A stretch of 32,000 nucleotides of DNA, from the NCBI GenBank assembly GCA_004284765.1, contig NQJD01000010.1, forward strand, positions 1 to 32,000, in the 5' to 3' direction. The position numbers and the translations under genes are program-made. The stretch's first letter is position 1, and every line of letters begins with the position of its first letter. The notes below the pieces were generated by a model. The model saw nothing but the letters and a program-made list of their open reading frames with translations. It ran no database searches and was not told the DNA's origin. This DNA comes from Candidatus Electronema aureum (GTDB lineage: Bacteria; Desulfobacterota; Desulfobulbia; Desulfobulbales; Desulfobulbaceae). Shown piece after piece: positions 16,901 to 24,092 of this stretch.

Positions 16901-17756
16901 GCAAAGGATGAAAGCGGACATCCACCGCCCGCAGCGGCGAGGGCTGACCGGGCTGCTCCGGCTGCAAGGTGCTGATGTCATGCCCGGCGACCACGCTGGA
17001 GTTGTCGCCAAAGGCCACCAGCGAGCCTTTCGGGTTGGCCTTCAGGGTCGCCTTGACCACATCGAAGAGCGTGCCGTCCTGCTCCACGCCGTCTACCACC
17101 TGCTTGCCCCGGAAATAGCCGTGCCGCGAGTGCTCGGAGTTGGCGTTGTTGAGATCCATGATCTCGACAATGGTCGGGTTGCGCTGGTGCTTGCCGACAA
17201 AGTAGTCGTAATAGAACTGGCGGTCGCGCTCGTCCATCGAGATGCCGGGCAGATTGAGCAGCGCGTCCGGCCCCTTGCCGAGCAGGTCAACCTCGTACAC
17301 CGGTTCTGGCTGGATGCCGGTCTCGAAGGTGGTGAGCGGGTGCGAGTAGTGGCACTCAGTCATCCGGTCGTGGTGTGCGGCGATGAAGGCGGCCATGTCC
17401 TCGCCCTCTGGCACCACGTACACGCGGGAACGCTCGGCGCGGGTGACGCAGTCCAAGCCAGTCGCCCGGCAGATGGAAACGAGGTTGGACGACCAAGCGG
17501 TGGCGAAGTTCAGGCGCGGGCCAACCTCAACCACGCGCCCGCCGGTCAGCACCGGTTCAAGCGAGACGGTCTCGGCAATGAAGCCGTCGGCCAGCAGAAG
17601 GAGCAGGCGGCGCAGCTCCTCGTCAGTCAGCGGGCGGGCAGATTCGATGTTGAAGCAGTAAGCGCGGGCCGTGTCAAGGCGGCGGTGCAGGCGGGTGATG
17701 GGCATGATATGGTTCCGGGTTTTTATAAATGAAAGGGCCGTCCGCTCCCCGTGCAT
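13908..17756 (-). CDS. purL: Phosphoribosylformylglycinamidine synthase, single-chain large PurL (synthetase plus glutaminase domains)
   Basis: 1282-aa ORF. It carries AIR-synthase-like repeats (DVQGTGKGG, GGAASS, DQGAGG) and a C-terminal class-I glutamine amidotransferase (LGICNGCQL, HPER). An alternative start MPITRLH at 17705 is possible and would place the 17735..17772 hairpin in the leader. Confidence 0.95.
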   Translation of the reverse strand: MHGERTALSFIKTRNHIMPITRLHRRLDTARAYCFNIESARPLTDEELRRLLLLLADGFIAETVSLEPVLTGGRVVEVGPRLNFATAWSSNLVSICRATGLDCVTRAERSRVYVVPEGEDMAAFIAAHHDRMTECHYSHPLTTFETGIQPEPVYEVDLLGKGPDALLNLPGISMDERDRQFYYDYFVGKHQRNPTIVEIMDLNNANSEHSRHGYFRGKQVVDGVEQDGTLFDVVKATLKANPKGSLVAFGDNSSVVAGHDISTLQPEQPGQPSPLRAVDVRFHPLLTAETHNFPTGVAPFPGAETGTGGRIRDVQGTGKGGFVMAGTAGYCVGNLHIPGYELPWEQHHPCPSNLASALTIEIEASNGASDYGNKFGEPLIQGFTRSFDLRVEGGERWAWLKPIMFTGGIGQIDDRHIKKEQAAKGMLIVQVGGPAYRVGFGGGAASSMLQGENAAELDFNAVQRGDAEMEQKMNRVIRACNEMGGRTLIEVIHDQGAGGPANVLKELVEHSGGRIEIRKIRVGDPTMSVLEIYVAEYQERNGLLIKPENIGQFLSICEREKVACEVLGEVTGDLRFVVSDEQDGSTPVDVELKEVLGHIPQKTFEDRRVPVGAIHELPLRHCPSVRDHLRNVLRLVSVGSKRFLTNKVDRSVTGLIAQQQCCGPLQLTVGDVAVVAQSHFGLTGIATAIGEQPIKMLLNPAAGARMAVGEAWTNLVWAKIDDPEQVKCSANWMWAPKLPGEGAALNDAARAMRDAMIATGMAVDGGKDSLSMATKVGSETVKSPRELVISAYAAMSDIRKVVTADIKEPGSVLLLIDLAPGKTRLGGSALAQTLGSLGDESPDMDDPVLLRQAFAAVQELIAQDLILSGHDCSDGGLIVTLLEMAFAGNCGLELAIEGEAIPTLFAEELGLVLECRQEQLEEIRQILAVAEVPCMLLGTSLADKYIRIRCNGELVLDEDMRVLRQEWEETSYQLERLQVNPACAEAERQSIYDRIAPAYHLPFTPQPTLKALLTAASKPKVAILRDEGSNSDREMSSAFYAAGFEPWDITMTDLLAGRVTLDGFRGIAAVGGFSYADVPESAKGWAATILFNERLRAMFDEFLNRPDTFTLGICNGCQLFGLLGWVPWRGLDAEAQPRFIHNRSGRFESRWTTVRVTDSPTMMLRGMSGLVFGIHVAHGEGLLHFPDAAVRAEVIGQRLVPLVYADDSGAATEIYPFNPNSSPDGFAGLCSPDGRHLALMPHPERAFLPWQCHWLPREMQGLEVSPWLRMFQNAREWCGRSV
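15899..15926. repeat. Perfect 28-bp GTAG-type palindrome (REP-like) inside full-length purL
   Basis: GTAGGGGCAATTCA|TGAATTGCCCCTAC is an exact 14+14 palindrome, translated in frame as ..VGAIHELPL... It occupies the same linker position as the REP doublet in the truncated copy. Confidence 0.75.
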
Positions 17757-17772
17757 AAAGGACAGACGGCCC
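17735..17772 (-). terminator. Hairpin between HU-like gene B and purL (possible terminator or attenuator)
   Basis: GGGCCGTC (17735..17742) pairs with GACGGCCC (17765..17772). On the minus strand it is followed by CTTTCATTTAT. The loop is long (22 nt), so this is weak. Confidence 0.3.
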
Positions 17773-17817
17773 GCATTCTACCCTATCAGCCCGGAAAATT
17801 CTATGGCAAGAGCAGGG

Positions 17818-18891
17818 CTACGCCGTCTCAACCTTCAGGACATCCACCACCCGCCCGCCGTAGTTGTTGCGGATCATCTCTTTCAGTCCTGCGTACTCAT
17901 TCACCCGGATGCTCAGGCTGGAGACCGCCGAGCCGCTGAATCCTTGCAACGTCACTGCCCCGTTCGCGGTCACGCTCACTGCTGCGCCCACCGCTCCGCC
18001 CTCTTTCATATCTAACAGGCTGAAGAGCAGCGCGTCGGTGCGCGCATCAAAGACCGCCTGAATGCGCAGGGTCGTATCTGCCGCCACGCTGCCGCTGGTG
18101 ACGCTGACATGCGCGCTGGCCTCCTTGCCCGTGAGAATGCCAACCTCTGGCGGATTCGGGTGGCCCATCTTGGTCAAGGTCAGCGGCGAGCGCAGCATCC
18201 GTCCATACGTTCCAGTGCGCAGCGTCCCGTGTTCGCTGTAGCGCGTGCTGACGGAGACCGTGTATTCGTTGTTCCACGGATGCGGCGGCGCAGGCAGGTC
18301 CGGCATGACGATGATCTCGCTGTCCTCAATCTTGCCGAAGCGGGTCTGCGTGATCTTGCCGCCTGCCGTGCCTTCGATCACGCAGCCGCTCCCCTGCTTG
18401 CGGTCGAAATGCAAATCAGCACCAGTAAGCTGGAGCAGGCCCGCCGGATTGAGCACATCCTTCAGTTCCAGCACCGTGTCCTGTACTGTGCTGATGAGCG
18501 GTAGCTTCTTCTCCTCCGGCAGGCGTTCAGTTTTGGCATCTCGGCGGATGGCTTCAATAAAGGGCTGGGAGGCATGGATGCGGACTTGCAGGCATTCGTC
18601 TAACGGCGGCAACGGGTCGTCCGGGCTGTTGAGTTTGCCGGTGAAGGAAAGGGAGTAGGTCACGGCGTTCTCCTCAGTCACCTGCTCGCCATTGAGCAGG
18701 CTTTCGGCGATGAGCTGGTTGTGGAGGTCAATGAAGGTGCGGAACTCCTCCTCGCTGTAGTTGGGCAAAGCCTTGGCCATCCGGGCGGCCATGTCCGCCT
18801 TACCAAGCACGTTGCGGGCTATGAAGCGGGGCCGCCAGGACGGCGGGGTGGTGAGGGCGTTGACTTCCGGTCTCCATTGAATCGTTGCCAT
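17818..18891 (-). CDS. HU-like DNA-binding domain protein with DUF4469-type Ig-like domain(s), copy B
   Basis: 357-aa ORF with RBS AAGGAGAAA upstream. It is colinear with copy A over the full length (MATIQWRPEVNALTTPPSW.., LNSPDDPLPP, LQLTGADLHFD, PWNNEYTVSV, GHPNPPEVGILT), with roughly half the residues identical by manual alignment. It lies directly upstream of purL on the same strand. Confidence 0.7.
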   Translation of the reverse strand: MATIQWRPEVNALTTPPSWRPRFIARNVLGKADMAARMAKALPNYSEEEFRTFIDLHNQLIAESLLNGEQVTEENAVTYSLSFTGKLNSPDDPLPPLDECLQVRIHASQPFIEAIRRDAKTERLPEEKKLPLISTVQDTVLELKDVLNPAGLLQLTGADLHFDRKQGSGCVIEGTAGGKITQTRFGKIEDSEIIVMPDLPAPPHPWNNEYTVSVSTRYSEHGTLRTGTYGRMLRSPLTLTKMGHPNPPEVGILTGKEASAHVSVTSGSVAADTTLRIQAVFDARTDALLFSLLDMKEGGAVGAAVSVTANGAVTLQGFSGSAVSSLSIRVNEYAGLKEMIRNNYGGRVVDVLKVETA

Positions 18892-18941
18892 GACGTTTCT
18901 CCTTGCTTAGATGGTTGAGATAACCGCGCAAATGATATCCC

Positions 18942-18970
18942 ATCCTAAGAAGCTGCCGCTGTTTTGTCAA
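18942..18970 (-). promoter_or_regulatory. Putative sigma70-type promoter of HU-like gene B (possibly also driving purL)
   Basis: On the minus strand, TTGACA (18970..18965), a 17-nt spacer, then TAGGAT (18947..18942). Array B begins 14 bp upstream of the -35. Confidence 0.45.
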
Positions 18971-18983
18971 GACAAAGAACAGC

Positions 18984-19121
18984 GTGGAGGCATAGGAAAA
19001 AACAGTATGCCTCGATATCGTAGAACGCTATGCCTGCATACCGTCCAGCGTCATGCCTGCATGAAGGAAAACAGTATGCCTCGATACCGTTTTGCGCTAT
19101 GGAGGCATGGCGCGGAAGAGC
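18984..19121. repeat. Array B: 6 tandem units with exact 23-bp phasing and an ATGC-NN-GCAT-type core
   Basis: Unit starts are 18984, 19007, 19030, 19053, 19076 and 19099. Units: GTGGAGGCATAGGAAAAAACAGT / ATGCCTCGATATCGTAGAACGCT / ATGCCTGCATACCGTCCAGCGTC / ATGCCTGCATGAAGGAAAACAGT / ATGCCTCGATACCGTTTTGCGCT / ATGGAGGCATGGCGCGGAAGAGC. Units 1 and 6 carry the core in flipped orientation. Units 1/4 and 2/5 also share their tails, giving a 69-bp super-period. Confidence 0.85.
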
Positions 19122-19162
19122 GACGGGCAAAGAGCGTGCTGCGCTGGCCGCTCATTTTTTCT

Positions 19163-19190
19163 TTGACAGTGGCTGGTTAAGAGGTATTCT
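19163..19190 (+). promoter_or_regulatory. Possible sigma70-type promoter of the FG-GAP gene
   Basis: TTGACA (19163..19168), a 16-nt spacer, then TATTCT (19185..19190), about 60 nt upstream of ATG 19254. Confidence 0.3.
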
Positions 19191-19253
19191 GAGCGGCGTG
19201 CGCTGCGCGGCATTCCGCTGGCAGTGCCTGAAAACATCACAAGGAGAAGCACT

Positions 19254-20438
19254 ATGAGAAGAGACACATCATGGCGGATGCTGCTTGCGGCATTCTTTCT
19301 GCTCATGCTGACTGGCGGCACGGCGCAGGCGGCTATTGACCCCGCCAAGGTGCAGAAGCTGCTGGCCAGTGACGGGGCTGGTTTCAACAGGTTCGGCATC
19401 AGCGTGGCTGTGTCCGGGGACACGGCGGTTATCGGGATAAACCGAAGTATCAACGACGACAAGGTCGGCTCGGCGTATGTCTTTGTCCGTGCAGCGGACG
19501 GCTCTTGGAGCCAGCAGGCCAAGCTCACCGCCGCTGACGGAGTGTTTCGCGACCAGTTCGGCTCCAGCGTGGCTGTGTCCGGGGACACCGCAGTCATCGG
19601 GGCTGCTAATTCCGGCTCTGTCTATGTCTTTGTTCGGGCATCGGACGGCTCTTGGAGCCAGCAGGCCAAGCTCACCGCCGCTAGCACGAGCGTGGCTGTG
19701 GATGGGGACACGGCAGTCATCGGGGCTGCTGCTGCCTATGTCTTTGTCCGTGCAGCGGACGGCACGTGGAGCCAGCAGGCCAAGCTCACCGCCGCTGATG
19801 GCGACAGGTTCGGCTCCAGCAGCGTGGCTATGTCCGGGGACACGGCGGTCATCGGGGCTTCAGGAGATGACGACAAGGGCGAGAATTCCGGCTCGGCATA
19901 CGTGTTTATCCGGGCAGCGGACGGCTCTTGGAGCCAGCAGGCCAAGCTCATTGCCGCTGACGGGGGTGATAACGACTATTTCGGCAATAGCGTGGCAGTG
20001 TCCGGGGACACGGCGGTCATCGGGGCCTATGGAGATGACGACAAGGGCAGCAGTTCCGGCTCGGCATACGTGTTTGTCCGGGCTGCGGACGGCACTTGGC
20101 AACAGCATAATAAGCTCACTGCCGCTGACGGGGCTGCTGACGACAACTTCGGCTGGAGCGTTGCTCTGTCCGGGGACACGGCGGTCATCGGGGCTAGGTT
20201 CGATGACGACAAGGGCGACTGGTCTGGCTCGGCATACGTCTTTGTCCGATGGGCAGCAAACTGCACTTGGAGCCAGCAAGCGAAGCTCACTGCCGCTGAC
20301 GGGGCTGCTAGCGACCACTTCGGCTGGAGCGTTGCTCTGTCCGGGGAAACAGCGGTCATCGGGGCAATTGGCGATAATGCCAAAGGCCATCTTTCCGGCT
20401 CGGCCTATGTCTATGGCAGCACTGCCGTCAAGCCTTAG
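19254..20438 (+). CDS. Secreted seven-bladed FG-GAP/integrin-alpha-type beta-propeller repeat protein
   Basis: Start chosen at MRRDTSWRMLLAAFFLLMLTGGTAQA (signal peptide; RBS AAGGAGAAG upstream). There are seven repeats of FG.SVA.SGDTAVIGA...GSAYVF.RAADGSWSQQAKLTAADG. The repeats are also conspicuous at the nucleotide level. Confidence 0.85.
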   Translation: MRRDTSWRMLLAAFFLLMLTGGTAQAAIDPAKVQKLLASDGAGFNRFGISVAVSGDTAVIGINRSINDDKVGSAYVFVRAADGSWSQQAKLTAADGVFRDQFGSSVAVSGDTAVIGAANSGSVYVFVRASDGSWSQQAKLTAASTSVAVDGDTAVIGAAAAYVFVRAADGTWSQQAKLTAADGDRFGSSSVAMSGDTAVIGASGDDDKGENSGSAYVFIRAADGSWSQQAKLIAADGGDNDYFGNSVAVSGDTAVIGAYGDDDKGSSSGSAYVFVRAADGTWQQHNKLTAADGAADDNFGWSVALSGDTAVIGARFDDDKGDWSGSAYVFVRWAANCTWSQQAKLTAADGAASDHFGWSVALSGETAVIGAIGDNAKGHLSGSAYVYGSTAVKP

Positions 20439-20533
20439 CAGAGCACTGGGGGCAGGAGGATTTCTGCCCCCTCATCGCCCGCACAAACCACCGTGCCGCT
20501 TCCGGGCTTCCGCCTCTGTGCGGCATCCCCAGC

Positions 20534-21232
20534 TTAACGGGTCTCTTCGATGAAGCGACGGATTTCCGCGCTGAGACCCAAGGCTGCACCCAACTCGTCT
20601 AACCACTGCCGTTCGCTGTCTGTGTCCACGCTCATTGCAGACAGAGCAACCGCATACGTGGTCTGGGCTAAACGGAGATCGCTGATGCCTGCGGTCAGTT
20701 CAGCAATCGGGCGGGGATGATGTAGCTCCTCCAGCAGAAACATCTTCTCTTCTTGGGACAACTCCACGCCACGCAGCCGGTCGAGAATGCGTTTCTCCTC
20801 ATCTGCATCTAAGATGCCGTCGGCATGGGCTGCGCTGATCATCACCCGAATGAGACGACAGGCTACGTCTTGATTGCCATTCGATGAAGCAGCCACCGGA
20901 GGAGCGGCTACTGCACGAACAGGTGTCGGAGGAGAAGAAGGCGGAGGAGGAGGCATTGGCGCAGACGGTGCGGTACTACCCCAGTTTTGCGCGGCCTGCT
21001 GGGGCTGCTGCCCGCCGCTGCGGAAGATTTCATATGCTCCCACGCCCAGACCGATAGCAGTCATCAGGCCCTTGCCGGAAGTCAGCTGATTCGTCAGGCT
21101 GCCCAGCAGCGAACCTGTACCCGATGAGCTGCGTTGATTGCTGCTGTGATATCCATCTCTATTCTTGAACTGACTGCCGCTGGAACCCATTGCTTCTTGG
21201 AGCAGCTTGCCCAGCAGTTTTTCGATGTCCAT
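20534..21232 (-). CDS. TerB-like/DUF533 (YebE-type) protein
   Basis: 232 aa. An N-terminal low-complexity S/G/Q region, a central hydrophobic segment (LMTAIGLGVGAY), a P-rich linker, and a C-terminal TerB-like domain (MISAAHADGILDADEEKRIL). Confidence 0.65.
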   Translation of the reverse strand: MDIEKLLGKLLQEAMGSSGSQFKNRDGYHSSNQRSSSGTGSLLGSLTNQLTSGKGLMTAIGLGVGAYEIFRSGGQQPQQAAQNWGSTAPSAPMPPPPPSSPPTPVRAVAAPPVAASSNGNQDVACRLIRVMISAAHADGILDADEEKRILDRLRGVELSQEEKMFLLEELHHPRPIAELTAGISDLRLAQTTYAVALSAMSVDTDSERQWLDELGAALGLSAEIRRFIEETR

Positions 21233-21264
21233 AAGGTTCTCCTGTTGAATGTTCTCTGTCCGCG

Positions 21265-23391
21265 TTATATCTTCTTCCTTCTTCTCACCGGTTTCACTTC
21301 CTCACTCTGCAAGACTACGCAACCCATCGGAGCCAGTTTGACCGCTGCGCCCACGGCAATCCGAGGAGCTTGTCTTAGATCAAGGAAATCCCCTGGGGCA
21401 TCCAAGTTCGTGTCGATAATCTTCTTCCAGACACCGTTATGCGTGCCAGTGGCGGTGTCCGGTACTGTGAAGAACACGGTCTCCTCCGGCTGGCCATTCA
21501 GCATGACAAAGAAGTTGGCATCAGTGCCGTCGTCCGGCGTGATGTCCTTGAGGAGGAAGGCTAAGGTGCTGCTCTGGTCTGACCAGTCCGGCTCTCCTGG
21601 TTGTAAGCCGTGCCAAAGGATTTCCTGTGAGGAGGGCGGTGTGCCTGTGCTGCTGATCTCGAAGAACTCGGCCCGACGGAAGATAGCATGGTCGCGGCGC
21701 AGGCGGATCAGCTTCTGGAAGAAGCGGAGGAGGCCCTTGTTCTTCTCTGCCAGTCGCCAGTCTATCCAACTGATCTCGTTGTCCTGGCACCAAGCGTTGT
21801 TGTTACCCTGCTGCGTCCTGCCGAATTCATCACCTGCCACCAGCATCGGTACGCCCTGCGAGAGCAACAGGATAGCCGCCATTGTTTTCACCCGGCGCAG
21901 ACGGAGCCGCTGAAGAGCCGGATCGTTGGTTGGCCCTTCTACCCCAGAGTTCCAGCTCAGGTTGTGGTTGTCGCCGTCACGGTTGTCCTCGCCGTTGGCC
22001 CGGTTGTCCTTCTCGCTGTAGCTGACTAAGTCAGCCAAGGTGAAGCCGTCGTGGCTGGTGATGAAGTTGATTGAATTGCAGGGGCGACGGCCATTGTGCT
22101 GGTAGAGGTCTGAGCTGCCCGCAATCCGGGTGGCGAGCGCACCACTCAGGCCGGGTGTGCCGTTCATGAAGCGGCGGACATCGTCGCGGAATTTGCCATT
22201 CCACTCGGCCCAGCGGTGGTGATCGGAAAAATGCCCCACTTGATACAAGCCCGCTGCATCCCATGCTTCAGCGATGATTTTGGTGTCAGCCAGCACCGGG
22301 TCTTCGGCGATCATCTCCACCATCGGCGGGTTACTGAGAACATGGCCCTGCTGGTCGCGGCCTAAGATCGAGGCCAGATCAAAGCGGAAGCCATCGACGT
22401 GCATTTCGATCACCCACCAGCGGAGTGCGTCCATAATCAAGCTGCGGACAATGGGATGATTGCAGTTACAGGTGTTACCGCAGCCGGAGAAATTGAGGTA
22501 GGCCTTTGTCCACGGGTCGAGCAGATAATAAATGGGGTTATCGATACCACGGAAGGAAGTAGTCGGCCCGTTCCAGCCGCCCTCTGAGGTGTGATTGAAG
22601 ACCATATCGAGGATGACTTCGATCCCAGCCCGGTGCAAGGCTTTGACCGTGTCGCGGAACTCGTGCAGGGGATGGCTGCTGTCGCTGGAGTAAGCGGCCT
22701 TAGGCGCGAAAAAGGAGAGCGGGTTGTAACCCCAGTAGTTTTTTAGCTGCTCACCGGTCTCTGGGTTGTGGAACACGCAGTCGGTCTCATCAAACTCCGT
22801 CACCGGCATCAGCTCCACCGCCGTGATACCTAATGCCTGCAAGTAAGGAATCTTCTCCGTGAGGCCACGGAACGTACCGGGGAAGCTGCACCTTGACGAC
22901 TTATGCACGGTGAAGCCCCGCACGTGCATCTCGTAGATGATGGAATCCTGCAAGGGAATGTTCAGAGGCCGGTCGCCCTCCCAGTCGTAGAATTCATCAG
23001 GAATGAGACCGAAAGTCTGCTTACCTGTACCGCTGTGCGGCTGGCCCCAGCGTGGTGAGCGCAGCTCCTTGGCGTAAGGATCAAGCAGGATCAGGCTGCT
23101 GTCATAGGCTAAACCAGAAGTTTCCGGCTCGTAAGGGCCAGAGATTCGCCAACCGTAACGGATGCCCGGCGGTAGATCACTGACTAAGACATGCCAGATA
23201 TCGCCGGTTTTATGTAGCTTAGGATCAAGCTGGATTGCAAGTCTGGCTGCTTCAAAATCCTCTTTCAGGCCGAGAACCAAGGAAACGCTTCGTGCATGAC
23301 GAGAGAAAAGGGCAAAGTTAATGCCAGATGGCATGAATGTCGCACCCAACGGCTGGGGGATGCCTTGAAAGGTAGAAAATTCTATTTTCAT
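21265..23391 (-). CDS. glgX: Glycogen debranching enzyme (isoamylase type)
   Basis: 708 aa. GH13 signature regions VILDMVFNHT, DGFRFDLASIL, IAEAWD and FITSHDGFTL, plus the N-terminal CBM48-like PLGATF..GINFALFS. Confidence 0.92.
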   Translation of the reverse strand: MKIEFSTFQGIPQPLGATFMPSGINFALFSRHARSVSLVLGLKEDFEAARLAIQLDPKLHKTGDIWHVLVSDLPPGIRYGWRISGPYEPETSGLAYDSSLILLDPYAKELRSPRWGQPHSGTGKQTFGLIPDEFYDWEGDRPLNIPLQDSIIYEMHVRGFTVHKSSRCSFPGTFRGLTEKIPYLQALGITAVELMPVTEFDETDCVFHNPETGEQLKNYWGYNPLSFFAPKAAYSSDSSHPLHEFRDTVKALHRAGIEVILDMVFNHTSEGGWNGPTTSFRGIDNPIYYLLDPWTKAYLNFSGCGNTCNCNHPIVRSLIMDALRWWVIEMHVDGFRFDLASILGRDQQGHVLSNPPMVEMIAEDPVLADTKIIAEAWDAAGLYQVGHFSDHHRWAEWNGKFRDDVRRFMNGTPGLSGALATRIAGSSDLYQHNGRRPCNSINFITSHDGFTLADLVSYSEKDNRANGEDNRDGDNHNLSWNSGVEGPTNDPALQRLRLRRVKTMAAILLLSQGVPMLVAGDEFGRTQQGNNNAWCQDNEISWIDWRLAEKNKGLLRFFQKLIRLRRDHAIFRRAEFFEISSTGTPPSSQEILWHGLQPGEPDWSDQSSTLAFLLKDITPDDGTDANFFVMLNGQPEETVFFTVPDTATGTHNGVWKKIIDTNLDAPGDFLDLRQAPRIAVGAAVKLAPMGCVVLQSEEVKPVRRRKKI

Positions 23392-23508
23392 ATTGACGTG
23401 ATGCAGTGAATTGTCGTATTCTTTTTCTTCGCTGTAACTGCATCCTACACCACCGACAGTATTTTCCCAACGCTGAAAACTCTTCTACAAACAAAAGGAG
23501 TCTGCGAA

Positions 23509-23925
23509 ATGACCCGCCAAGCAACCCTTATCCACCGTGTTACCCTGCTTGCCTCTGTCGGCTTTCTCGCCTTTATTTTATGGCTCATTTATATGGCTGA
23601 CACTGGCACAGGTGCAAGCAATATTTTGTTTAAAATGAGTTACAGGCTGTCTTATGGAGACAAAATTGGTCATTTGCTCCTCTTCGGCCCGCTCACCCTT
23701 GGAGTCAATGCTTCACTGAAATTCAAAAAAATCCAGCTCGGCGGCAGAGGCAACATCTATCTCGGCACTCTGCTGGTTGCTTGTTTTGTCCTGACAGAGG
23801 AACTCAGTCAGTATTTTCTGCCAACCCGGACCGTAGAAGCGTTGGATTTACTCGCGGACAGTGTAGGCATCACTTTTTTCACTTGGCTGTCTTTCTGGAT
23901 TGATCGGCGACAGAACCAGCCCTGA
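23509..23925 (+). CDS. VanZ-family membrane protein
   Basis: 138 aa, four hydrophobic helices, with DKIGHLLLFGPL and the EELSQYF..R..E..DLLADSVG motifs typical of VanZ-like proteins. Confidence 0.7.
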   Translation: MTRQATLIHRVTLLASVGFLAFILWLIYMADTGTGASNILFKMSYRLSYGDKIGHLLLFGPLTLGVNASLKFKKIQLGGRGNIYLGTLLVACFVLTEELSQYFLPTRTVEALDLLADSVGITFFTWLSFWIDRRQNQP

Positions 23926-23973
23926 CAGGCGACGGAAAAGCTCCTGCCTGCGCCTTCTTTCCCCTCTTTCGCC

Positions 23974-24002
23974 TTGACAGTGTTTTTCTGGGCTTATATA
24001 GT
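23974..24002 (+). promoter_or_regulatory. Putative sigma70 promoter of ilvBN
   Basis: TTGACA (23974..23979), a 17-nt spacer, then TATAGT (23997..24002), about 90 nt upstream of the ilvB ATG. Confidence 0.5.
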
Positions 24003-24092
24003 CCTGTGTACTTTTCACACAATATAAACTGCACGTTTTAGACTCTGCGCACGGACAGACCGGGCGTTCACAACCAAGGAAGGGAATATCCG

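Noticed and set aside
7650-18891. The two HU-like/DUF4469 paralogues considered as a diversity-generating retroelement target and template pair
   Set aside because: No reverse transcriptase is present in the window. Differences are spread along the entire proteins rather than confined to a C-terminal variable region with adenine-specific substitutions.
19477-20553. 358-aa alternative-frame ORF and several minus-strand ORFs inside the FG-GAP gene
   Set aside because: These are products of the repetitive GC-rich DNA read out of frame (S/P/R/T-rich, no domain). The chosen frame has a signal peptide, an RBS and canonical FG-GAP blades.
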